Shown one piece after another: positions 1-12,930 of a stretch of DNA of 64,000 nucleotides. The stretch's first letter is position 1. Every line of letters starts with the position of its first letter. The position numbers and the translations under genes were made by a program. The stretch comes from Octopus bimaculoides (Eukaryota): assembly GCF_001194135.2 (NCBI RefSeq), contig NC_068986.1, forward strand, positions 11,194,455-11,258,454. The letters are read 5' to 3'. The notes beneath the pieces were generated by a model. The model searched no databases, was not told where the DNA came from, and saw only the letters and a list, made by a program, of their open reading frames with translations.

Positions 1-1159
1 TTAAAATTCCTCAAGACTCGAAATAAATAATTTTGTAGCAGACACAATAATAAATTTGGCATCAGAATTTCCATTGTCTGTATAATTTCGTTATTATTAA
101 AAAAAATACAAGAGTTTTATTGTTTTTCTTTCAAACGGACAATTTAAGTCTTTACATTTAAAAACATTGGGAAAAATGTGATGTGGTGACATTCATGCTT
201 GTTTGGTGAGGGTTATTAAGAAGCCTGAATAAAACGAATTAACTTTTAATTAACGCAGGGAATCGAAACCACCAGATTGTAACAAATTAATGGGAAAAAA
301 TTCTTTGACTAAGCAGAAAGTCTTCGATTTATAAAAGAAAAAAGAAATCTAATTTCGAGATGCTGTGACAGTCATCCATTTCCTAAAGACCCTAATTTAA
401 TTATACTAACACTAATAATGATTGTAACATAATATTTTGTCTATTCAGTAATTTATTGCGATTTTTGGTTTTATTTCGAAGGCCTGTGTGGGGGAGTCGG
501 GTTAGGTTTTATTAGAGTTTCCAGTCAACAATTATTAAATCCACCTCCATATTGTATTTAGAAGAAACTGAATTAATTATGAACAATCTTCCATTATCAT
601 TATTATTATTATCATTATTATTATTATTATTATTATTATGACCACTGGGCAATGTATGAAACGTTGAAGCTATTGGTTGGACAATGGATGCTCGTTAGTT
701 TATATAAAATATATATGTAGTTATTGAAAATGTAATCTGAAAAGCCATAGGTAAAAAAAAAATTGTTTTAATGCTGATCAAAAAGCACAATAAATATATG
801 TGTGTGTGTGGTTGACCCTTAATTAATCTAAGAAAGTCTAATGAAGCAATCAAACAGATCTATAATAAAGCCATCGTAATTTTTAGATATTTATACGTAG
901 AATAAAAAGATACGTGAATAACAATAAAAGTTAAAGGGCAAAACATCCCCCCCAAAACAACATTTAAAGGCGGCGGCAGCGGCGGGAGGGGGGCATTAAT
1001 TAACCTCTCATCAACGAATGTACGTATTAATTTCAAAGTATATCGTTTATGAACCCATATTGAAGATCACTGTATCATTAGAGGATTTCTTCGTCTATTA
1101 TTTTACGTAAAAATCCCATTAAAAAGGGCAATAGTATTGTTGCAGCACGTTGTATTTAC

Positions 1160-1204
1160 GTGTATTTTTAATGGTTTTGGCTGGCAGTGCTTGCTGGCGG
1201 CCAT
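1160..1204 (-). other. Candidate first coding exon of a divergent gene (MAASKHCQPKPLKIH)
   Basis: AATATGGCCGCC (YY1/Kozak-like) start, 15 codons, then CAC|GTAAAT donor-like site. Protein not recognised. Confidence 0.2.
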
Positions 1205-2766
1205 ATTCTTGTTCTTGTTGGGTTTGCCACTATTTTTTAAAGCTAAAGTATCCGCGATAAAAATAGAAATGTGTGTAATAATGTTAACTTAACTGTGTCA
1301 TACAGCATCTAATTTTCGTTCTACTTGTAAAACTATGATGATAATTCAGTGAATTTAGTAGAATGGACATCTCCATATGGTAAACCAAGTGGATTCTGAT
1401 ATATTGAGTGTATGTTGAGGTTTGAGACGTAATTTAAATTAATATTTTAGAAGATTGCAAACTGAAGTTTATATGAATACAAGTCAAAATTAATAAATAT
1501 TAAAATCACAATAGAGATAGGTTTAATAATATTATGAATATATATATATAGGTAATAAATCTATATATGAAATATGAAGTGTAGTGTGGTAAGGCTTTAT
1601 GTAAAATAACGTTGTAAGTCGTAATTATTGTAGCATATGGACGATTTAACGTGTCGATTTATCTCTAAAAATATCAGTGATTTGAGATTTTTCTTTGTTT
1701 ACTTTTCTCCATGACGACTGTGGCAGCTGCTCAGCCTTCACTCACACTCAAGTATTGAGTGAGAGTTCAAACATGGAAGAGACTTAGCAAAGCGCGGGAG
1801 AAATGGAGAGATGTTGAGTGGAAGGGGTGGAGGGGAGTGACAAAGAGAAAAAGAAAGAAGGAAAGATATAAAAGAATCCCTTTTAAATACACAGATTACA
1901 ACATCCACGAAGAAATTGAAATTATTTGAAGCCTTTCTTATAGAAATATGTAATTATTAATCGAAAATTTATGTTCTTGTAAACGCATTTTGTGAGAAAC
2001 GATTATTTTTTTCTACAACAGCTTAACACTAAACATGGAGGATAAGGATACTAAGGTACTCTAGAAAAATATCCAACAGATTTATGTATATAATAATCCT
2101 GTGTACTCTTTTCAATAAAGACAAGCCACTGAAATTCATAACCAGTTACAAAAAAGAATTTCCTGAGAGATGAAGTAAACTGTTTAGGGTATTCCTTTGA
2201 TGAAATGGGTTAGCTGGAAAATCTCTCCATAGTAGTATAACGGCCATCTTGGTTACTTTACACTATGTAATAACTGCTACCATATACCTTTCTCCATTAT
2301 ACGCCAACCGATTTCATGTCTGATTCCGATTAATTATAGCAATATCGTGGTCGTCACTAGTCACAGCGAAACGATTTGCGGTATTCAATAACAATTTTAA
2401 ACTTATTAAAGACGTCGAAGCTTTTAAATGCACTTCGCCTTCTGAATAAAACCAACGCCACCGAAACACCCGCTAGTCCAGAGTAGCCATTTTGTTAATA
2501 TGTGACTATATTGAATGGCCTCTTGTAAGACTGTATAGGTTCATACACATAACAACTACACACAAGTTTACTGTTCAGCAAAAAGCTATATACATTTGAT
2601 TACTTTAAAGTGAAGCAATTCACACAGCATCCACAAACAAGCATTTATTTCCTGCACTGTTATACTACTATTCTATTCTTCAACTCCTCACTAACCTAGT
2701 TATTCGGTCAAAGGGAGATTATCATATTTAAAAAGTATTTTTTATTCCTTAACTCACAACGGCATT

Positions 2767-2976
2767 TTGTATTTTTTCAGCTCAGAAATCATGTCAGAGT
2801 TAGAAACGTTGAAAAGTTTTATTAGAACACCCAAATCTCTAAGTGTTAGTCGTGAACATGTAGCAGTACTATTGAACCTGTCCTCTGACAGCGACCCGAG
2901 GAGGGGAGAGGGGGCTTACACACAAGAATGGCTGTTATTTCAGAAAGTGCTAGAAACAGTTGATAGATTTATTTAA
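2767..2976 (+). other. Candidate exon/short ORF of an unidentified plus-strand gene (ATG 2791, MSELETLKSF...)
   Basis: Non-repetitive sequence; strong acceptor TTTTTTCAG at 2772-2780 followed 10 nt later by ATG. No recognised homology and no convincing donor. Confidence 0.25.
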
Positions 2977-4450
2977 AAAAAAATTTTCTTTCCATTTTTA
3001 CATCTGAAATATTTATAATTATTGGATATGTATATATATGTTTTTTTCAGTTATATATATTACAATTTTTTTTTTTTACTTCTCGCTGCAATTATTTTCA
3101 ATGTTTTTTTCCCTTTCTTTTTAAGAACGTTTCCTGGGAAGATCAGAAAAGTATTTTACAGATATTTTAGTGAATGCTGTTGGAAGATTCTACAGGTAGA
3201 ACCACAAGAAATTAGACCCTCACCACCATGTCTGCGACAAAGATGACAATAGGAACATCATGATCGCTGTCGTCAAGAGGAGCAATAATAACGGTTTCTT
3301 AAAGAAACAATACAAAATTTTGCTGAAATCTTGTTCCTGCTCATCACTACAACTTATAAGTTTAAACACCGGTCATTTTAATGAATTCGCCTTTTATGGC
3401 CTTGTAATGTCTGAAGCAGACAAACCCGATGATCTAAAGCCATCATACGGGTTCGATTTCCAATTAAAGGCAATTTATTTCGTTCAAACCATGAATGCCG
3501 TATGAAGGATGAATAATATCTCGACCTTGCATTCCTCTCCTCTGAAATATAGAACAGAAAATAAAATATGAAGGTGTTTTGAATCTTGTTCAGTGTCCAT
3601 TGGAAAAGCATAAACACGACAACCCTTCTGATATTATTTGAAGATCGTTAGACACCTGATAGTATTTCGTTTAGGCTCTTGACGTTTTCTGTTTAAATGT
3701 CACTGAAATGAACGATGTCTTTCTTCCTTCTGGGATCGATAAAATATTTACCAAATACTGGGATCAATTTAATTGAGGTCTAAGGATGTTTTCTCGACAG
3801 TTACGATTTAAAGTTCAGACAGTTTGACGCCTTATTCTTTAAAATGGTGCTAAACTATGCTGAATTCAGAAATTATTTTTCATGTCTTCAATTGCGTTAT
3901 TTCTCCTGCTTCTTACGTTCAGAGTTCAAATTTCTCCGAGGTCTCAACTTGTCGTTCTTCTGGAGTCAATAAATAAAATATTTCTCTAGAGCAGTGGACT
4001 TTCTGTATCGTGAGAAAGTCAGACATGATACTTTGTGTTTGTTCTGACTCATTGCGTTCTGGATTCAAATCCTGCCATGGTTTCGGCCAGTTTAACATCG
4101 CCACTTGGGTGCCTTTTTTGACCAGGTTTCCAGTTTGGGGATCTCTCCCTTCCGCCCATCAGTCTTTAAGTGTGGTGGGCACTAATTGTCCAACCCATGA
4201 AACCAGTAGGTCTCAAACTTTTTAATGTTCAGGCCAGATCCAAAACCTGAATTTTTTTTTTTTTTTAGGGGGCTGCACCAAAATAAAAAGTAAAACATAA
4301 GTCAATTAAAGAAAAATTTATATATATAGAGGGACGGCCACCGGAAGGGTGCTTGAGGGTCGCATATGACCGTGGGAGCCGTCATTAAGAACTGCTACTC
4401 TAGACTTTAGAAGGAGACAAAAAATTTTCCAGTTGGAAATATTTACTATT

Positions 4451-4803
4451 NNNNNNNNNNNNNNNNNNNNNNNNNNNNNNNNNNNNNNNNNNNNNNNNNN
4501 NNNNNNNNNNNNNNNNNNNNNNNNNNNNNNNNNNNNNNNNNNNNNNNNNNNNNNNNNNNNNNNNNNNNNNNNNNNNNNNNNNNNNNNNNNNNNNNNNNNN
4601 NNNNNNNNNNNNNNNNNNNNNNNNNNNNNNNNNNNNNNNNNNNNNNNNNNNNNNNNNNNNNNNNNNNNNNNNNNNNNNNNNNNNNNNNNNNNNNNNNNNN
4701 NNNNNNNNNNNNNNNNNNNNNNNNNNNNNNNNNNNNNNNNNNNNNNNNNNNNNNNNNNNNNNNNNNNNNNNNNNNNNNNNNNNNNNNNNNNNNNNNNNNN
4801 NNN
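4451..4803. other. Assembly gap
   Basis: Run of N. Confidence 1.
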
Positions 4804-5879
4804 GAAACATCAGCTTATCAATGACAAAATTATTTTTCTAAATTCGTCGTTATTTTCAAAATTAATTGAAACAAAGGCAGTCCATTTCAACAGAAAAATG
4901 GTAATAAGAGGTTAAGCCTTTTGATAACAACCTCTCTGACCCCACCCTCATTCTATAATACAAACTTTGAAGTGATCTAAACCCCTTTGTTACTGTATTT
5001 ATTTTGAGATGCTGTGTGTTTCTTTCAATTAATTTTTTAAATATAACAAAGAATTTAGTAAAATAACTTGGTTATCATTCAGCTGGTGTTAGGAGCATAA
5101 ATTGTGACTAAGGTTTGGTGTCTCACTCTTGCAACCTCTACCCTCTACCATCCATGACTTAGTGGTTAGGGCATTCAGCTCACAATCATAAGGATATGAG
5201 TTCAAATCCTGACAGCATGTTGTGTACTTCAGCAAGATACTTCATTTCCTGTTACTCAAGTCGACTCAGCAGGCAAAAACGAATTGCACCTGTAATTCAA
5301 AGGGGCCAATCATGTCACATTCTGTGTCATGCTGAATCTCCCTAAGAACTACATTAAGGGTGTATGTGGAGTACTCAGCCACTTGCACGTTAATTTCATG
5401 AGCAGGCTGTTCTGTTGCTCGGATCAACTGGAATGATTGTTGCTGTAACTATTCTTCTGTTCCTCATACTTTTGTACATTGAGGACCCAAACAGACACTT
5501 CATCATCATTACTTTTATCTCTTTCCAGCTCTACCTCAGTCACCCCACTCTCTTTTAGAATATAAGTAGCCATGTGGCTCCTCTACAGCAAGAAGCTTGT
5601 TCTGCTCTGGCCCCTTCTCTCATACTTTTATCCCTTGTCCCCTATCACAAAGCTGCTTCCTTTAGGGATCATAGTTTTGCAAGCTGCATGGTAACATCAC
5701 TAATGCTGGTGCTATGAAAAAAATGCAGCCAGTACACTCTGTAAAGTAGTTGGTATTAAGAACGGTATTCAGCTGTAGAAACCATGCCAAAGCTGGCAAT
5801 GGAGCATGATGCAGTTCTTGGACCTATCAGTTCCTGTCATACCATCCCACCCATGCCAACATAGAGCATGACTGTTAAA

Positions 5880-5912
5880 TGATGATGATTATCATAATCA
5901 TGATCAAGGTGA

Positions 5913-5947
<35 letters not shown>

Positions 5948-6536
5948 ATGGTAATGATGATGATAATGGAGAAGGTGATGGCAATGATGATGATAATGGA
6001 GAAGGTGATGGCAATGATGATGATGATGAAAACATTGTGACTGAGAGATGTCAACTGTCACAGACAACTGTAATTTCCTTAATTGAGATTAATAATGGTT
6101 GGTGATGAACAAGTAGTTCACAATTAGCTTTCATATTAATAATGGTAAGAAACTCCTAAGAGAGCTGAACAGCAGAAGGTCTTCAGGGAAGAAACACTCC
6201 TTTCAGGCCAGTGGTTTGGCCCTTAACTTACACTTTAAAGGGCTCCAGGTCACATCCAGGTCATAACTCCTTGGTGCCCTTCTGCTGACACTTTTAAGCC
6301 ACTTCGATATCTGAGGCATGCATTTAAACCACTTGGATTGAGATTATATTTGATGTAATAAAACAAGAAATTTTAATTAAATTTACACTTTTATGAGAGC
6401 AATTATTGTTGTCATCATCATAATTACCATTATCATTATCATTGTCATTGTCATCATCATCATCATCATCACTGTCTTCACCACCATCATCATCACTATC
6501 GCTGTCACCACCACCACCACCACCACCACCACCATC

Positions 6537-6585
<49 letters not shown>

Positions 6586-6600
6586 GCATCATCATCATTC
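5880..6600. repeat. (GAT)n / (ATC)n(ACC)n compound trinucleotide microsatellites
   Basis: Direct reading; these produce the poly-His/Ile/Met ORFs in the track. A similar run is at 7925-8065. Confidence 0.9.
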
Positions 6601-7149
6601 TAATGTCTACTCATCTATACTTGAGGCAGATTTTCAATGGTCAGATGCCTTTCTTGACACCAACCGTCACATATTCATACAATCTACCAAATGACCAACA
6701 GTCAAGCATGCTGTCACAGACATCTACAAATGACATCATTTCCATGAATGGTGAGGCTTTTTGTCTTCCAATCAGAGCACCCATGTCAACAAGTCTGGAC
6801 ACCAGGTTGAGTATAAAGGTCTTTTTGTATTTCAACTCAAAAAGACCTGCCCACCACAAAAGAATTGATATCCTAAAGCCAAAGCGCCATGTAGAAAATC
6901 GTTATTGTTGGTGATGGTGCTGCATAAAAAGCACCATGTACACTCTGTAAAGTGGTTGGTGTTGGGGTGAGCATCCAGCTGTAAAAACCAAACCAAAACA
7001 GATAATGGAACCTGGTGTGGCCTCTGATTTTGCTAGTTCTTGTCTAACCATCCAAACCATGGCAGCATGGAAAATGGATGTTAAATGATGATGATGATGA
7101 TGATGAATTAATTGTTCAGAACAATTACACGTGTAATGTGTTTATTCAT

Positions 7150-7760
7150 CAACATATATTCCATCCTATTCTGTTGTCTGTTGCCATTGTTGTGGCAGAA
7201 GCTCAATTTTATGCTTATACCGTTTGACTTGTTTAAAGGCAAAAAAACTCCCTGCTCCCATTTTCAACATCAGCCACGTTGTTGAGTCTCTGTCTATACA
7301 GAAAATGAACCACAGCTTGGAAGAGGTGGTCATCTGATGGTGAAAGGTCAGGATTGTAGGCAGGGTGAGGCAGTACTTCCAGTCCTTCAAATTCCTCAAA
7401 TTTGCACTTGGTCACATTAGCAGTGCATGCAGGGAGAATTGTCATGCTGTAGGAGTGCATGCCTTCAGTTGACCGATGCAGGGTAGTGGAGCCTTCAAAG
7501 CATCATATAGTCTATGCAGTTATTGAGTATAAAGGTTAGCATTCACAGCATAATCATCTGGGACAAGCTCAAAGTACAACACCTTAACACATCCTGAAAT
7601 TCTGCCGAGTATGATACATAACATGGCATTCTGTTTAAACCACCCTTCTTGGACAACAGACTGTGATGCCTGGCTGGAACAAAGCCACTGATTTCTCTTA
7701 TAAGAATTATGAAAGTAAGATCCATTTTCAAGGTTGTCTCCCCTGCCTTTCTAATGAACA
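7150..7760 (-). mobile_element. Degenerate mariner (DD34D) transposase, catalytic C-terminal part
   Basis: LEVLPHPAYNPDLSPSDDHLF resembles the mariner motif HPPYSPDLAPSDY.LF; frameshifted continuation KHKIELLPQQW. Confidence 0.85.
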
Positions 7761-9094
7761 AATTGAATAATTTAACATAATTGATTAAACAATAGATTTT
7801 AAAGTTTTCATTTATTTTTATTTGTTAAAGATTTTCTGGACTTGCTACATCAAATATGATAGCACCTGCTTTGCTATCAGGTTTTCATGTAGAAATATTC
7901 CTCCATTACTACAACAAGGAAGACCACTATCACCACCACCACCACCACCACGGCCGTCACCGCTGCCTCCACCACTGCTGCCATTGTCACCTCCACTACT
8001 GCTACCACCACTGCCACCTTCACTCCATCACCACCACTACCACCGTCACCACCACCTCTCATCCATTTAATTAGATTTTGGATTGTCTATTTGCTGTCTG
8101 CCCCCTCCAGACAGTTCACAATATCTTTGTTTATATCTGCTCGAAATGTCATTAACTGATAGCAAAATCTTCTCAGAAAGATGTTAGTCTTTTGCAGATG
8201 GGCCGTTTCTCATGTTTAGAATTGAATCTGGCATTTAATGTGAACAAATTAATTTTTACAATTTTTACAGAGCAAGTTGTTCCTAGCCTCTGGTGCCTAT
8301 CTACAGCCAAGTAGACCAAGCTATTTGAGAGTTTCCATAGCATAAACTGAAGAACTAAATCTTCCTTTTTGATAAGATGGCAACCTATTATTTAGATAAT
8401 TATTCTCATGTCATCAAACCACAATCAAATCAAAATTGTAGTTGTGGCCTATGCCAGCACCGCCTGTCAGGCTCCCTGTGCTAGTGGCACGTAAAAGGAC
8501 CATCCAAACATGGTTGATGCCAGCCCCACTTGGCCCCTGTGCTCGTAAAAAACACCCACTACACTCTCTCAGAGTGGTTGGCATTAGGAAGGGCTTCCAG
8601 CTGTAGAAACACTGCCAGATTAGATTGGAGCCTGGTGCAGCCTTCTGGCTTCCCAGACCCCAGTCGAACCGTCCAACCCATGCCAGCATGGAAGACAGAT
8701 GTTAAAAGATGATGATGATGGTGATGATGATTAAACTTGGTACAACAAAATACTAAACAGTTTTATATTTCTTACTGCAATGAGTTGTCCCTACCTTGAG
8801 GGACATATTCATGGCTAAGTGGACTGTGCCGTTTAATCTTTTGCTAGTCCTTTCTGTAAAAAAACGAACCACCAAAAACTGTCTGTTGGTGAACACAATG
8901 AGTGTTCTGGTCGACCCAATTGATGGAACAGCCTGCTAGTGAAATTAATGTTCAAGTGACTGAGCACTCCACAGACACGTGTACCCTTGACATAGTTCTC
9001 GGGGAGATTCAGCATGACACAGAGTGTGACAAGGCTGGCCCTTTGAAATACTGATACAATTCATTTTTGCCAGCTGAGTGGAATGGAGAAACAT

Positions 9095-9477
9095 TATTAA
9101 CCATCATGCCAACATCCACCTTGAGCTCCATGTCTCTAACACATGTGGTAATGCCTACAAAGTCAGAAAACAGCACAGCTCCCATGACTTTCAGAAACAT
9201 TTTCTCACACTCGGAGTTGCTGAAGCATGGAACAAGCTTCCTGCATTAGTTGTTAGTTGCCAAAACATTGCATCCTTTAAAACATGCTTCCTGAAATTCG
9301 CCAACACTACACCTGATATCCACCCAACTCCATACACATGCACACATGTACATCATGACTCATACACTGTTCCCTTCCTGACTTTTGTACCATAATTCTC
9401 TGTACAGTACATGCACCTTTGATGAGTTGTAGTGCACCTGAGCACCAGACACAATAGTTTCATTATTATTATTATTT
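9095..9477 (+). mobile_element. 5'-truncated CR1 LINE end nested in a SINE
   Basis: VSNTCGNAYKVRKQHSSHDFQKHFLTLGVAEAWNKLPALVV (CR1 C-terminus) and an (ATT)n tail. Short AACAT duplication at 9090-9094 and 9478-9482; the SINE resumes on both sides. Confidence 0.75.
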
Positions 9478-9591
9478 AACATGAAGTAAAATATCCTGCT
9501 CAAGAATACAATGCACTGCCGGGAGTTGAACTCACAATCTTACAATTAGGAGTTGAATATGCTAACCATTAAGCCACATACCTTTTTTTTC

Positions 9592-9626
<35 letters not shown>

Positions 9627-9936
9627 GTTTAACATCTGTTTTCCATGCTGGCATGGGTTGGACGGTTTGACTGGGGTCTGGAGAGCCAGCTGCTGCACCA
9701 GGCTCCAATCTGATCTGGTAATATTTCTACAGCTGGATGCACTTCCTAATGCCAACCACTCCGAGAGAGTGTAGTGGGTGCTTTTTATGTGCCACTAGCA
9801 TGGGAACCAGTCAGGTGGCCCTGGCATCGATCACGTTCAGATGGTACTTTTTATGTGCCAGTGGCACATACTATATAATGTACAGGATATTTGATATATG
9901 ATATACAGGATATTTCCCTGCCATCCATGCATCATA

Positions 9937-10158
9937 CACGATGGGGTACTGAAAAAATTCCTGGCTTTGGGTAAAAGAAAATAAACAGGAAGATCAGTCA
10001 ATTCTGATTTTATTCAACATAATCCCCTCTTGGATCCATATACTTATTGCAGTGGTCCTTCAGTTTTCCTAAGCCCTGTAAAAGAATTTGGGAGGTTGGG
10101 CCTCCAGCCAGGCCTTTCACGATGCCCTCAAAGCCAGGAACTTGTCAGTACCCACTCC
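9937..10158. mobile_element. Internally deleted mariner / MITE (~220 bp)
   Basis: Terminal inverted repeats GGGTACTGAAAAAATTCCTGGCTTT and AAAGCCAGGAACTTGTCAGTACCC, with TA on both flanks. The interior on the minus strand resembles a mariner C-terminus. Confidence 0.75.
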
Positions 10159-10604
10159 TATATAATACACAGTCTCAATTTCTGTCGATCACCGGGGGTC
10201 AGTTGTAATTAATGAAAGGAAAGCTTTATATTACACAGAATGTATGAGACAAGGGCTAACTAAAAGTTTGAAATCATGGACATTTAAGGCGAATTTATAA
10301 AAATGCTTTGAATACGCAGAGGGTTAAGTCTCCCAATGCCATAATAATGACTAGCTCTGAACAGCCAACCTCCCAGTACAAGAGTGAGGAACGAGACAAT
10401 CAAATTAATGGACTGCAGGAGAAGTAATACTTAAATTTAACGATTTCAAATTTTAGCACAAGGTCAACAATCTCAGGGGAGGGGAGGACAAGTCAATTAT
10501 ATTGACCCCAGTGCATGACCGGTACTTATTTTATCATAGTATGTCTCTCCCGGTGTGTAATTGTTACAGTTAGTTTTTTGTTAAAGGAATAACACAGAAA
10601 ACAC

Positions 10605-10820
10605 TGTTATTTCTTTACTACCCACAAGGGGCTACACACAGAGGGGACAAACACGGATTAAGTTGATTATATTGACCTCAGTGCGTAACTGGTACTTATT
10701 TAATCGACCCTGAAAGGATGAAAGGCAAAGTCGACCTCGGTGGAATTTGAACTCAGAACGTAGCGGCAGATGAAATACCGCTAAGCATTTTGCCCGGCGT
10801 GCTAACGTTTCTGCCAGCTC
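10605..10820 (-). mobile_element. tRNA-derived SINE family C (representative copy)
   Basis: The minus strand reads GAGCTGGCAGAAACGTTAGCACGCCGGG...TTCTGAGTTCAAATTCC...GTCGACTTTGCCTTTCATCC. Other copies at about 41000-41200(+), 45030-45245(-), 51050-51262(+), 54545-54755(-), 59525-59675(+), 62130-62445(-). Confidence 0.8.
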
Positions 10821-11261
10821 GTACTGTGTACAGTAATAAAATCTTGTGTTAATCGGTTGTGAGTGTTGTTAATTACTTCTACATGAAGCCTGAGAAAGAC
10901 TTTCCATTCACCATCAGCTTCCACAACAGCCACAACAACCACAACAAACAACAACACCTTACAACAGTAGCAATGGAAAAAAACATAAAGAAGAGATTGT
11001 TTTCTTGTGAGTCAGAATCTGGAGCATGTCTGAAAGTGATGGAGTGCTCATCAACTGGGTGGTCCTTCTCTGGATGTCAGTGTCAATAGCAGCGGTACTT
11101 ATGTCCTATATATAGGAGCAGTATGCCATTTTAGGCCTTACCCAAGCCTTGTAAAGTGTCAGCTGCAGCTGGGGCTGAAATATTTTCTGACACTAAAGAG
11201 AAGAGCCATGGTTTTAAACAACTTTAACAATAGAATTTCATTTCATTATGGTTGTCTAAAG

Positions 11262-11550
11262 CAGTGCTTCTCAAACTATCTGATGTGGCGTACCAGCAGT
11301 TTTTTTTTTTTTCCAATTTGCCAGGAACCAGTAATACTTCTTTGTAATATTAATTTATACTGGAAACAATATATATAATGAATATAATAAAAGTTGACAA
11401 TTTTTTTTGTTTTATATTTATTTTGTAATAATACAATATTACATAAGCATTTTATAATGTTTCTTTCTTTTCTGGAAATTTGCTGCGCAGTGGCAGCTGA
11501 TGGCTCCTGGACCGGCACTGGTCCACGGACCACTGCTTTGAGTAGCACAG
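11262..11550. mobile_element. hAT (Charlie-like) MITE with 8-bp TSD
   Basis: TIRs CAGTGCTTCTCAAA and TTTGAGTAGCACAG; perfect TSD GTCTAAAG at 11254-11261 and 11551-11558. Confidence 0.85.
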
Positions 11551-11584
11551 GTCTAAAGCATAACATGTATAACGCAATGTGAAG

Positions 11585-11900
11585 GCATGTGGCTTAATGG
11601 TTAAGCTGTTCAACTCATAGTCATAAGGCCGTGAGTTCAATTCCAGGCGATGTGTTGAGCCCTTGAGCAAGACACTTTATATCATGTTGCTCCAGTCCTC
11701 TTACTTGGCAAAAATGAGCTGTACCTGTAATTCAAGAGGGGCCAGCCTTGTCACATTCTGTGTCACACTGTATCTCCCTGAGAACTACGTAAATGGTGCG
11801 CATGTCTGTGGGTTACTCAGCCACATGCATGTTAATTTCACGAGCAGCCTATTCCATTGATTGGATCAATTGGAACCCTCATTGTCGTCATAACCAACAG
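11585..11900 (+). mobile_element. tRNA-derived SINE family B (representative copy)
   Basis: GTGGCTTAATGGTTAAG...GAGTTCAATTCC head and CCAGCCTTGTCACATTCTGTGTCAC...GTTAATTTCACGAGCAG body. Other copies at about 5155-5450(+), 13685-13970(+), 8910-9580(-, split by CR1), 43745-44010(-), 51630-51915(-). Confidence 0.8.
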
Positions 11901-12430
11901 AGAGCTAGTTTCTCTTTTAATAGTGCAATAAAAAGAATAATAATAACAACAGTCAGGTAAGGTATTCATTTGACAACCGCCCATGTCTGTCTCCACACTA
12001 TTAACTTCAGAGAGACAAGTCATAAACAGATAAAGCAGAGAATTAGTGAAAACTATTGATAAAAACATTTGATAGGAATAAATGCACTTTTAGTAGATTT
12101 TAAAATAGAAATGTTCCATTATCTCTTGGTGGGTGACTGAATACCAATTAGAGAACTTGTCTTCCTATTTCTTTGTTTTATAAATTACTCATGGCCAGCA
12201 ATGTTGTGTAGCCTAGTGATGAGGGTGTGGCTCTCATGATTATAGGATTGTGATTTCAATTCCTGCCGTGGGTGGTGCATTGTGTTCTCTTGATCGAAAC
12301 ACTTCATTTCCCATTGCTTCAGTTTACTCAGCTGTCAATGAATTTCTGCAATAGCTGGGGAAGTTAGCCCTGTGATGGACTGGAATTCTGTTCCGGGGGA
12401 GTGCTGTAATCTCAGTCACATATACACCTT

Positions 12431-12668
12431 GGAAACTGGGTCAAGCTCTGGTGTTATGAGGTCTGGAAACTGGGTCAAGTCCTGGTGTTATGAGTTCTGG
12501 AAACTAGGTCAAGCTCTGGCATTATGAGTTCTGGAAACTGGGTTAAGCTCTTGTGTTATGAGTTCTGGAAACTGGGTTAAGCTCTTGTGTTATGAGTTCT
12601 GGAAACTGGGTCAAACTCTGGTGTTAAGAGGCCTGGAAACTGGGTCAAGCTCTGGTGTTGTGAGGTCT
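12431..12668 (+). repeat. 34-bp minisatellite, 7 copies
   Basis: GGAAACTGGGTCAAGCTCTGGTGTTATGAGGTCT units start at 12431, 12465, 12499, 12533, 12567, 12601 and 12635. Confidence 0.92.
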
Positions 12669-12679
12669 GAGACTCATGA

Positions 12680-12930
12680 CAGCTCTAAGTCCCACTCTGA
12701 TGAGTTCCTTCAATATATGTTGGTCAATTCCTATAAGAAATAGATGGGTTGAAATAGAACTCCAGAGGGTTTCAATCATGTGGAAGAAGGATTGGAAGGA
12801 AGCATTTCGTGTTGAATATGGAAGGTGGAGAGGCAAATGGAGCCCAAAGGAAGCATGTCTGGAAAATTCACCATAAACATTTTTGGAAAAACTTGCTGTA
12901 GGAAATTTCACCCAAAAGGGGACACACAAG
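12680..12930 (-). mobile_element. CR1/L2-group LINE C-terminal relic
   Basis: LHLPYSTRNASFQSFFHMIETLWSSISTHLF resembles the ...SFFPRT..LWNSLP..VF motif. Confidence 0.5.

Noticed and set aside
4400-4915. Long ORFs across N runs (also 19268-20354 and 54060-54497)
   Set aside because: These are artefacts of translating assembly gaps.
6220-6330. Minus-strand AG...GTAAGT-bounded segment (ISKWLKSVSRRAPRSYDLDVTWSPLK)
   Set aside because: The polypyrimidine tract is weak, there is no recognisable protein, and no neighbouring exons were found.
5837-8074. Poly-His, poly-Met/Ile and poly-Pro ORFs
   Set aside because: They are translations of (GAT)n/(ATC)n/(ACC)n microsatellites.
12690-12755. CTGATGA...GAAA, a possible second hammerhead (CTGATGA also at 19241, 27101 and 56144)
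   Set aside because: No stem II or stem I pairing and no valid NUH site could be drawn.
12676-12876. W-rich plus-strand ORF (NRWVEIELQ...WKEAFRVEYGRW) that looked like an F-box-adjacent exon, phase-compatible with a candidate exon at 3126-3195
   Set aside because: The opposite strand is better explained as a CR1/L2-type LINE C-terminus (SFF...LWSSI..HLF), and the splice sites are weak.
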